From a virus, in the UHGV virus genome UHGV-1493261: 64,000 nucleotides of DNA, one strand, 5' to 3'. Every line of letters begins with the position of its first letter. The first letter of the stretch is position 1. The notes beneath the pieces are model-generated. The model was given only the letters and a program-made list of their open reading frames with translations, was not told the DNA's origin and did no database searches. Shown piece by piece: positions 1 through 8,700 of the stretch. The position numbers were made by a program, and so were the translations under genes.

Positions 1-1
1 A

Positions 2-178
2 CGTCATGCTGCATACAATAACCATATCGGGGGGGATATTAGGATAGAAGATCCGTACGGGAATCCAAGTCAAACAGCTGAAAATGCAGCGTGGGGTAAC
101 AGGGTTACAGGGGAGATAGTTGTCAGCAATCAGATAACCGCTGACTCATTTGGTAATTACAGTGTCGCTGCGATTTAA
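2..178 (+). CDS. 3' end of an upstream gene (partial, frame 2), possibly another tail fibre/tailspike
   Basis: Open frame from window edge to TAA at 176-178 (..GNRVTGEIVVSNQITADSFGNYSVAAI*), followed by a terminator hairpin. Confidence 0.35.
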   Translation, partial: RHAAYNNHIGGDIRIEDPYGNPSQTAENAAWGNRVTGEIVVSNQITADSFGNYSVAAI

Positions 179-184
179 AATATA

Positions 185-209
185 AGCCCCTCAATCGAGG
201 GGCTTTTTC
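185..209 (+). terminator. Rho-independent terminator-like hairpin
   Basis: AGCCCCTC-AATC-GAGGGGCT stem-loop followed by a T-run. Confidence 0.5.
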
Positions 210-360
210 GTTTTGCAGTATTCCATCAGCTTTACCTTCAACACAAACACCTCCTGCTGCCGGGAGACATCGTGGTATTTCCCTGGTCTATGACGTCAAC
301 TACGACTACTGGTGTGTTGTTGGCATGTCTACATCTGACGAGTTGAGCGCTTGAGCACGA

Positions 361-389
361 AAAACCCCGCCGAAGCGGGGTTTTCTTTT
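361..389 (+). terminator. Rho-independent terminator-like hairpin
   Basis: CCCCGC-CGAA-GCGGGG stem-loop followed by TTTTCTTTT. Confidence 0.5.
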
Positions 390-432
390 ACATATTAGTA
401 GTATTTTTTATATAGAGTTTACGGTTTGCATT

Positions 433-458
433 ACCCTAACAGATACTGCTGTTAGGGT
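433..458. promoter_or_regulatory. Perfect 10-bp inverted repeat (candidate operator or RNA hairpin)
   Basis: ACCCTAACAG-atactg-CTGTTAGGGT; no T-run after it, so probably not a terminator. Confidence 0.3.
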
Positions 459-641
459 GATTACTTGCCCTGAGATATTAAGCATACCTAACTATGAAAG
501 GGTCCGTTGATCCAAGTGTGTAAGTAGCCAACGCATTATCTCTGTTAGCAATGTCCGTTTAACACTAGCGTCTCAACCTACTACTATAATTCCATTGGTT
601 CGTCTTGTTATACCTTTGTTCATAAATTTTATTAGTTCAGA

Positions 642-652
642 CTAAATACCCC
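642..652 (+). promoter_or_regulatory. Late-promoter-like motif CTAAATACCCC
   Basis: Analogue of the T4 late -10 element TATAAATA; the same motif recurs upstream of several structural genes in this window. Confidence 0.5.
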
Positions 653-684
653 ATATTGGCAAATCCTCTATGGGGTATCTTCAA

Positions 685-2967
685 ATGACCAGAAACGTCG
701 AGAGCATCTTTGGAGCGGTCGTAACAGCTCCGCACCAGATTCCATACACTTACACAGCAACGGGCGGAGAGAAGTTTATCTCCCTCCCTTTCTACCCTAT
801 CACTGGTATAGTCACAATCAACGGTGGTATGCAAGTTCCGTTAGACAACTTTGAAATCGATGGAAATACGTTGAATCTCGGGCGCGCATTATCCAAAGGT
901 GACGTTGTGTTCTGTCTGTTTGATAAGATTCTGTCTCCAGAAGATTATAAAACCGGGATTCGAATCTATAAGTTTCAGGCTATAGGAGGTGAAACCGAGT
1001 TCACTCCTGATTTCACATCTTATGGAGTCCAATCTCTTTATATCGGTGGTGAGTACAAAACACCCGAAATTGAATATTCCTATGACAGCACGACAGGGAA
1101 AGTGTCTTTACAAACTGCGCTGACTGCAGGCGTTTGGGTAGTCGCTGAAATGTCTGTTAAACAACCGAATATCAGTCCGTTGTTTGACCGAAGTATTCAG
1201 GAAATCGCCCGTTCAGCTAACGTAAAAGATTCTGAAGTGATTCTTAGTTCTGATACTACTCAGTCCCTTAATGGTAAGAAGATTATTTACTCTGTTAGTG
1301 AGCAGAAGACTTATGGTTTGCCAGCATTGCCGCCTAATGTGTACATCAGTTCTGTAACCAATGGACAATTAACCTATAACCCTGGTTCTGTTACAGTACC
1401 TTTAGTTGAAGTGCCTAATTCGGCTGCCAAGTTAAAAAGTGAACTTAATGCCAACACTGGTTCTAGCATGGTGCGTACTAGCTCAGGGATTACTGTTGAA
1501 GAATCCCTAGTTAAATTAAAGGATTCCTTCCAATTAGTAACACCTGAGCAGTTTTATGAGCAGTTCCCTGGTGAAACTGATTGGGCAGTGATGATTAATG
1601 CTGCATACGCTTATGCTCGTGGTCATAACAAAAGCGTATTACTTGCTAATGATTATCCAATCGAAAGTACTATTGTGCATATGGATGGACTTAATGTCAT
1701 ATGTACTGGACGTATTATTGCATCCCCAACTGGTACATATACGCATACCACCGCATCAGGTAATGAAGAGAAGGCTGCTTATGTAATTACTACAGAAAAC
1801 GGGGTGTTCAATAATGCTAAATCGTCTTCAATTATCGGCACTCTTACCTTGACTCACACCACTGACAGAGAGCCTACAGGCTATACAGATCCGCACATCA
1901 ATGCTACGGGTGTTGTTGTTACAGACATTGCCAACGTATACATTTCCAATATTCAAACTTTCGGATTCCTTGATGGTGGAATTGACGTCGGTGGTATCTC
2001 AGGCAACGGTTTTGAAATTGTAATCGACAAAAGTTTGTCATGGATTTACGCATGGGAGGATTCAGAGAAGATTGGTTTCCGTTGTAATGTAACCGATTCA
2101 ACGTTCAAAGACGTAGTAACCGTCGCTTACGGGATTGGAATTCACAACGTAAAAGGTGGTGGTAACGTTTATATCAACCCTCATCCGTGGGGGTACCCTC
2201 TGACTTCCACCAATTCATACCCTAATAGGCAGTGTAAAATTCACTTTGTTTTGACTGGTGGTGGTTCTACTTTTATCAGACCTTACGCGGACACTGTGAC
2301 AAAAATTGACAGTTCACTTAGCTCTAGTAGAGCAAACGGTGGTATAGGCTTTTATGTAGAAAACTGGCGTAATAAAATAATCGCAGGTGAGGCATTGCTT
2401 CATTCAGATGACGTAAACACAAACATGTCTCTGGTGTATCTTAAAGGCGATTCCGCCAGAAATGAGATTGAATTTGTAAATGTAACAAACCCGTCTAAGT
2501 TAATAGCGGAAAGAGTTTCGTATGATTCTGGATACCAAAACGCGTTATTTACTAACCTTGTTAGGGTTCCCGAATATATCGCTGGTAATTTAAGCAATCT
2601 TACAGGAAACATATCATTCAATGGTACAGGGGTTACTTCTTCTGGCACGTACAGTTTACGCAGAAGCGGTGAGTACATAGACATTGCTTTGATTATAAAT
2701 GTGACGTCAATCTCCAGTCCATCCGGTTCGTTATCCGTTACCTTGCCGCGGGGACTTGTTTGCCGTTTTGGTCCTACAGTTGAGCCAAGCCAGAATTCCT
2801 GCTTTGGAAATATCAACCAAAGCAACATTGGGGTGGTGGTGGTGTTGAACGGCAGTTCTATAGAGTTCTATTATAAAACGGCAAATGGCACACGAACTGC
2901 AATTAACGCAGCAGGTGTATCAACTGGTGCTCTTGAATTACATATACGTGGAAAGATTAGTAACTAA
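685..2967 (+). CDS. Tailspike protein (beta-helix, depolymerase-like)
   Basis: Long ORF (track start 670; ATG at 685 has a GGGG Shine-Dalgarno and typical spacing from the late motif). N-terminal anchor-like region and Gly/Asn/Thr-rich beta-helix-like repeats; preceded by the late motif. Confidence 0.8.
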   Translation: MTRNVESIFGAVVTAPHQIPYTYTATGGEKFISLPFYPITGIVTINGGMQVPLDNFEIDGNTLNLGRALSKGDVVFCLFDKILSPEDYKTGIRIYKFQAIGGETEFTPDFTSYGVQSLYIGGEYKTPEIEYSYDSTTGKVSLQTALTAGVWVVAEMSVKQPNISPLFDRSIQEIARSANVKDSEVILSSDTTQSLNGKKIIYSVSEQKTYGLPALPPNVYISSVTNGQLTYNPGSVTVPLVEVPNSAAKLKSELNANTGSSMVRTSSGITVEESLVKLKDSFQLVTPEQFYEQFPGETDWAVMINAAYAYARGHNKSVLLANDYPIESTIVHMDGLNVICTGRIIASPTGTYTHTTASGNEEKAAYVITTENGVFNNAKSSSIIGTLTLTHTTDREPTGYTDPHINATGVVVTDIANVYISNIQTFGFLDGGIDVGGISGNGFEIVIDKSLSWIYAWEDSEKIGFRCNVTDSTFKDVVTVAYGIGIHNVKGGGNVYINPHPWGYPLTSTNSYPNRQCKIHFVLTGGGSTFIRPYADTVTKIDSSLSSSRANGGIGFYVENWRNKIIAGEALLHSDDVNTNMSLVYLKGDSARNEIEFVNVTNPSKLIAERVSYDSGYQNALFTNLVRVPEYIAGNLSNLTGNISFNGTGVTSSGTYSLRRSGEYIDIALIINVTSISSPSGSLSVTLPRGLVCRFGPTVEPSQNSCFGNINQSNIGVVVVLNGSSIEFYYKTANGTRTAINAAGVSTGALELHIRGKISN

Positions 2968-2975
2968 AACATCCA

Positions 2976-2994
2976 CCCCTCTTCGGAGGGGTTT
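2976..2994 (+). terminator. Weak terminator/attenuator hairpin between the tailspike genes
   Basis: CCCCTC-TTCG-GAGGGG followed by a short TTT. Confidence 0.35.
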
Positions 2995-3017
2995 ACTAGA
3001 AAAACGAAGAGGTTGTT

Positions 3018-5126
3018 ATGAACGAAATGTTCTCACAAGGTGGTAAGGGTTCAACTGGAATCCTAACCAATAAACAAGCAGTGGCTCGACACTTTGGGGT
3101 TAAACAATCAGAGGTTGTTTACTTCTCAGCGGGTGCTCTGCTTACTGGTTACAAAGTCATCTATGACAAAGTGTCACAGCGTGCTTATTCCTTACCTGCT
3201 GGCATTGGTTCAGGGGTTACTGCTGTAAGCCTTAGTCCTGCTGGGGTATTAGTTCACTCTGCTGGTAATGTAGACTTAGGTGCACTAGCTGTTGCTCGCG
3301 AAGAATACGTAACCCTACCTGGTTCATTTGATACCGGTGTAACAGTTAATGCTAAGAATGAACTGGTTGTTTTTACTGACGGTAAGTACCGATGGGATGG
3401 TGCGCTTCCTAAAGTCGTTTCTGCTGGGTCTACTCCTATATCAACTGGTGGTATTAGTCTTGGCGCATGGGTTAGCGTTGGTGTTGCGTCATTACTAGCA
3501 AGGCTAAAAAGCAATAGCGCTGGTGAGGGCGCCTCCCTTATTACCTTTGAAAATGGCAATTCTGTTGAGAGTCTTTCCGACAGTGATGGTACTAAAAGCA
3601 TAGGTAGTGGTGAGAGAAGTTTGCAGGAACGTAATAATGATATTAAGCATTCTGGGGATTTCCTTACCTTACAAGCTGCGATAGATGCATCGTTACCGAA
3701 AAATGACTTACTTATTTCCCCTGGTGAATATACTGAAAAAGTTACTATTGGTAACGCACAGTTAAAAGGCGTTGGTGGGGCTGTAGTACTAAAAACACCA
3801 GCAGACTTTACAAACACTGTTCAGGTTAATTCATCTATACCCCATTGGCAATTCCGCCATAGTGGTGGTTTTGCTATAGATGGTTCCGGGACAACCGGGA
3901 GCGTAGGCATTAGTTTTGACCCGTCAGACCAATATTCCGGACGTCATAATTTTAGTGATTTATACATCCACAACATCAACAAGGCCATTCAGAAGCCTTC
4001 CGGGAACATCGGTAATACATGGAGAAATATTGGGATATCTACGTGTGATTGGGGTTACTGGGCGCAGTCTGCTTCTGAGATGCACTTAGGCACCGATACC
4101 CTTCAGAACATGCACTTTGATGGCATTAGTACTTACTGCGTTTATATGAACGCTACAGTAGGTGCAGTGCCGGGTACATTCGGAGGTGGTGTAGGCGGTT
4201 GGTGGATTAAGGATAGTGTCATGGAAGCCTCTGGCGGCGGCGGCATCTATCTCAAGAACAAAGCCGGAGACTGTCCTTCTGCTCCGTGCGGTGTATCCAA
4301 TGTATGGATGGAAGCTATCGCTACTACCCCAGCTGTTAATGTAGATGGTGTAGCTCAGAAGCCTCGTGTGCTTAAGCTCATTGACACTAGCATCTTCTTT
4401 GCAGAGTACACGTATCTGAACAACGTAGAGCTTCAGAACTCCAACCTTGTTGCTTATGGATGTCGTGTAGATAACTCAGATGGCCACATGGATATCTCTG
4501 TAGATGCCAGCAGCAGCTTTGTGGCTGAGCAATTGTACCTGAACGGTAGTTCTGGCAAGGATGTAATGGTGCGCTCTGTAGCGGCTCAGACGGGTATGAT
4601 TGGGCAGGGCTGGACACCTAATATGAGTATGCGTGGTTACCTGCCGGAAGGATACATCTATCGAGTATCGGGTAATAAACTCGTAGCTAAACCATTCGAC
4701 AGCGGTACTGCTGTGTTCGGCGGTACGGCAAGCAGTTCTGGCAGCTTGCAGCCACAAGGCCAGTTATCCCAGAACTGCATGTATTTTGAATTCCAAGGTG
4801 CTGCTGAGTTTGAACTTACTGATGCAGCATGGCAGGTAACCTCCGGTAATTGGTACGTATGGGGCATTAGCACTGAGCTGGTTCAGGGAACTCCTGCGAG
4901 CTTCCGTATTGGTGGGGATATCGGTGTGGGTGAAGTCTTTACTAAGCAGGGTCAGTGGGTGAGTACCTTCGGTGTAGCTCAGGCAAGTGCTTCGGGTGCA
5001 GTGAACCTCAGACTAAGTACTGCTGCAGGTGGTGTAGTAATGCGCTTAGCGGACTACTTCGTTGCTGAGTTCACTACTCAGGCAGAGGCTATGCGCTTCG
5101 TGAACAGTAGGCGTGCTCTGCGTTAA
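3018..5126 (+). CDS. Tailspike protein 2
   Basis: 702-aa ORF with an AAGAGG Shine-Dalgarno; N-terminus MNEMFSQGGKGSTGILTNKQAVARHFGVKQSEVVYF resembles the conserved N-terminal anchor of Vi1-like tailspikes (from memory); Gly-rich beta-helix-like body. Confidence 0.8.
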   Translation: MNEMFSQGGKGSTGILTNKQAVARHFGVKQSEVVYFSAGALLTGYKVIYDKVSQRAYSLPAGIGSGVTAVSLSPAGVLVHSAGNVDLGALAVAREEYVTLPGSFDTGVTVNAKNELVVFTDGKYRWDGALPKVVSAGSTPISTGGISLGAWVSVGVASLLARLKSNSAGEGASLITFENGNSVESLSDSDGTKSIGSGERSLQERNNDIKHSGDFLTLQAAIDASLPKNDLLISPGEYTEKVTIGNAQLKGVGGAVVLKTPADFTNTVQVNSSIPHWQFRHSGGFAIDGSGTTGSVGISFDPSDQYSGRHNFSDLYIHNINKAIQKPSGNIGNTWRNIGISTCDWGYWAQSASEMHLGTDTLQNMHFDGISTYCVYMNATVGAVPGTFGGGVGGWWIKDSVMEASGGGGIYLKNKAGDCPSAPCGVSNVWMEAIATTPAVNVDGVAQKPRVLKLIDTSIFFAEYTYLNNVELQNSNLVAYGCRVDNSDGHMDISVDASSSFVAEQLYLNGSSGKDVMVRSVAAQTGMIGQGWTPNMSMRGYLPEGYIYRVSGNKLVAKPFDSGTAVFGGTASSSGSLQPQGQLSQNCMYFEFQGAAEFELTDAAWQVTSGNWYVWGISTELVQGTPASFRIGGDIGVGEVFTKQGQWVSTFGVAQASASGAVNLRLSTAAGGVVMRLADYFVAEFTTQAEAMRFVNSRRALR

Positions 5127-5132
5127 GTGTAA

Positions 5133-5240
5133 TGGCATTACTATGGGTGGTTCAGGTGTGTGAGTAATTACTTTATCGCTGAGTTTACAACACAATCTCA
5201 GGCTTTGGCTTTCATTAACCCAGGGTTACCACTATCATGA
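5133..5240 (+). pseudogene. Vestigial in-frame duplicate of a tailspike 3' end
   Basis: Just after the TAA-GTG-TAA stops the same frame encodes ..SNYFIAEFTTQSQALAFINPGLPLS*, paralogous to the true C-terminus ..ADYFVAEFTTQAEAMRFVNSRRALR* (about 70% nt identity by eye). Confidence 0.45.
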
Positions 5241-5242
5241 AC

Positions 5243-5271
5243 AAAACCCCGCTTCGGCGGGGTTCTTTTTT
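5243..5271 (+). terminator. Rho-independent terminator
   Basis: CCCCGC-TTCG-GCGGGG hairpin followed by TTCTTTTTT. Confidence 0.6.
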
Positions 5272-5645
5272 ATGTACCTCAAACAAACCATTATGTAGAC
5301 TGTTTTAGTCAATTACGACTTAACTAACCTGAGAAAATCCCTATGGGAAATGAACCAGATAATGTAACTCTAGCCAGACTCGAAGAGAGACTCTGGTAGA
5401 ACTCCGAGATTCAAACAATGACATAGGCAATAGACTAAAGAACGTTGAGGCCAATATGCCAACTTGTGTGTTGTCTGGTAACATCCAGTTGGGCGGTGTA
5501 CGTCGATAGTACTCTGAAACTCTGATTTCTTCGGCGTCAGGCATTAACAGTGTCCGCGTGTACCTGGGAGACCTGAACGAGGGCAAATAATTGATGTTAG
5601 GACACGGCTTCTGCTGAGATCACCACAACCACAGAAAGATAATCA

Positions 5646-5666
5646 AAAGCCCCTTTGGGGTTTATT
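5646..5666 (+). terminator. Small terminator-like hairpin
   Basis: CCCC-TTT-GGGG followed by TTTATT. Confidence 0.35.
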
Positions 5667-5693
5667 CCTTTCTATTCCTCGGTTGGCTGTATA

Positions 5694-5700
5694 CTAAATA
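5694..5700 (+). promoter_or_regulatory. Late-promoter-like motif CTAAATA
   Basis: actaaatatc 35 nt upstream of the ATG at 5735. Confidence 0.4.
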
Positions 5701-5734
5701 TCTCTATAATGGCACCTATCGATGGAGCATCAAA

Positions 5735-8700
5735 ATGCAAGAAATGAACCTCAACCGCCGCCCATATTGGGATGACTGGAATCCAGAGAAGCGCTTTTCG
5801 CGCATCCTATTCCGTCCGGCACCTATCAAAGTTCAGACGCGTGAACTGAACCAGATGCAGACCATCTTCCAGGATCAACTGGAGAAACTTGGCAACCATC
5901 TGTTCAAAGACGGTTCAATGGTTATCCCCGGCGGCCTGACGATCACCAACACTGCAGTTTCCATGAAGTTCACTCTGGCTGGTGGTAGTGAGTTCACTGA
6001 TCTGGAAGGTATCTCCGAACTCTATGTTCTGGGTAAGGACAACAATGCGAAAGCACGCGTCCTGTCTCTGGAACGTTACCCAGCTGAACCGGATACAATG
6101 TATGCCATCTTAGAGATGACTGAGAGTGGTAGTTCAGACGGTTTCGAAGCTGGCGACAACCTATACTTCAACACCTATGACGTGAACGATAACTTCATCC
6201 GTGTCGGCTATGGTGTGGCCGATACTGTTGGCGGTTCGATTGTCGCTCGCATGACAAAGGGTGTTTATTTCGTTCGTGGTATGTTCCTGGATGTTGAACC
6301 AACCACTTTGATCGTAGACAACGCATCGAACTCTACATCTCACCGCATTGGTTTCAAAGTTACAGAAACAATCGTGACTGAAGCAGAAGATGAAAGTCTG
6401 TTCTCCAATGCTCAGGGTACTCCGAACTCTAAAGCCCCTGGTGCGCATCGCCTGCGCGTCGACCTCGTGTTGTCTCGCTACGATTATGATGAAGAAGTGG
6501 CCGACTTCGTTGAACTGGCGAAGGTGAAAGATGGTCGTATTCAGTCTATGGTCGCCCAGTCAACGTACAACATCCTCGAAGACGCGATGGCTCAGCGCAC
6601 CTATGAGACCAATGGTGACTACAATGTCTCTACTCACCAGATCGACCTGCGTGAACATCTGAAAGAGAACAACAACGGCGGCGTTTACGCTCCGGCTGAA
6701 GGTGGTGATGAAAGCAAATTCGTGGCGGTTATGAAGCCAGGGATATCCTACGTTCGTGGTCGTCGTATCGAAAACCTCGGCGAAGAGCTGGTCACAATTG
6801 ACAAAGCCCGTGACACTGATACCCTGAACAACAACCCTGTGGCTGTTTCGACTGGTAACTATCTGGTGTCCAAGAACTCCAAAGGGGTTCCGGTTGTCTC
6901 CCGTACAATCCGCTACAAGTTCCTGAACGCATCCAGCGATGTACAGGCCACCGCCCTGCTGATTTCGGCAGAGCGCTCCGGTACTGAATTCCGTCTGTAT
7001 ATGCGCGACCTCGTTGTCACCGGGGACATGGGCACGGTGACCAAAGTCGCTTATGAAGAAAGCGGTACAACGATGTTCTCTTGCGAACTGGAGTCCAATC
7101 AGTTCAGTCAGAGTTCGGCGATTGACCTGATCTTCCCTCTTCCTGTATTCGGCGTGAAGACCCTAGCACCTACTGGCACCATCGACATCAACTACACCGT
7201 CCTGCGTTCTAACAAAATCACATTGAACGCGGCAGGCACAGGCTCTATCTCTGCTCCTCTGGGATACAGCTTCAGTCCTGAGTTTTCTTTGTACTCAGCA
7301 GCGAAGGCAGACGGCACCACCGCTCAGTTCGATATCTCTTCGGGGCTGTCCCTGGCTGGTACTCCGGTTGGTTCAGCACTACAGATTTCCCTGGGTGCGG
7401 GGTACGCCAACCAGTCTATCAACCTGTTGGCATTGATGGTCCGCACCACAGCGACGATCAAGACCAAGACTGTTACCGAAGTCACCGAGACTGTGACGTT
7501 TACTGTGGCAGCCAGCGTACAACTTGGGAACCACGACGGATACAAGCTGGTCAGCGTGAAGAACGCAAATGGTGCTGACGTCACCTCGAACTTCACTCTG
7601 GACGGCGGTCAACGCGATGCGGCGTACTACCGTTCTAACCTCATATCGTCTACTGGAGCCATCTCAGGCGTGTTCACAGTGGTGTACCAGTACTTCGCTC
7701 ACAGCTCTGGTGATTTCTTCACAGCGGACTCCTATTCGTCCATCAACTACCCAGACATCCCGAACTATGTTTCATCCAGTTCTGGTACTGTGTATGGGTT
7801 GGCCGACAGTCTGGACTTCCGTCCCAAGATCACCAGCGGAGCGTCTGACACGGACATGGTTCGCCCGAACACCGCGATCATCCTAGATGCAGAGTACTAT
7901 CTGCCTCGTATTGATGCCGTGTATCTGGCAGACAACGGCGTGTTCAACGTTGCTCGCGGTGTGAGTTCCAACAACCTGGCTTCCCCTGCGATCCCAGACA
8001 ACGGCATGCGCCTGTATGAATTAATGATCCCACCATACACAGCCAACATTGACGACATCCAGATTCGCACTATCGACAACCGCCGCTACACGATGCGCGA
8101 TATCGGTAAACTGGAGACCCGTATCTCCAATGTCGAATATTACACCTCACTGTCTCAGCTGGAATCCTCGGCGATGGCGCAACAGGTGTTCGATCCAATT
8201 ACTGGCAACCCGCGCTTCAAGAACGGTATCGCAGCAGACCCGTTCAAAGACTTCCGTCTGATCGACGATTTGTCTGCAGACTGGGTGGGTTCAATCGACA
8301 CTGACAATGGTCGCCTGCGTCCGTTTGTTCAGCAGAACGCGATTGACCTGACGCCAGTCGGTTGGAACAACGTTCAGGATGGTATGGTTGTATGCAACTA
8401 CACCCGTGAGATCTCTGTCCGCCAGGACTATGCAACCACGACCATCAACGTGAACCCGTATGCGGTGTTCAACTGGGAAGGTTTCCTGAAACTGAACCCG
8501 ACTACTGATTACTGGTTTGAGAACTACTATGTTACTCCACGTGTGATCAACGAAACGATCAACACCCGTGGTGCGATCAAAGAAGGTTCTGTGTACGGCA
8601 CATGGCGTACTGTGTCCGTGTCTGAGCGTGTGTGGGAACCGCATGGTGCGGGTGGTGTATGGTGGGGCTACCGCTACCGCACGACTGTGTCCACCCGTGA

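Noticed and set aside
670-684. Upstream ATG at 670 as the tailspike start
   Set aside because: No Shine-Dalgarno and only about 18 nt from the late motif; ATG at 685 has a GGGG Shine-Dalgarno. The true start could still be 670.
5273-5690. Possible tRNA or minus-strand 81-aa ORF (5341-5586) in the spacer
   Set aside because: No acceptor/T-arm pattern (no GGTTCGAATCC-like T-loop with flanking complementarity); the minus ORF begins with TTG and has no Shine-Dalgarno.
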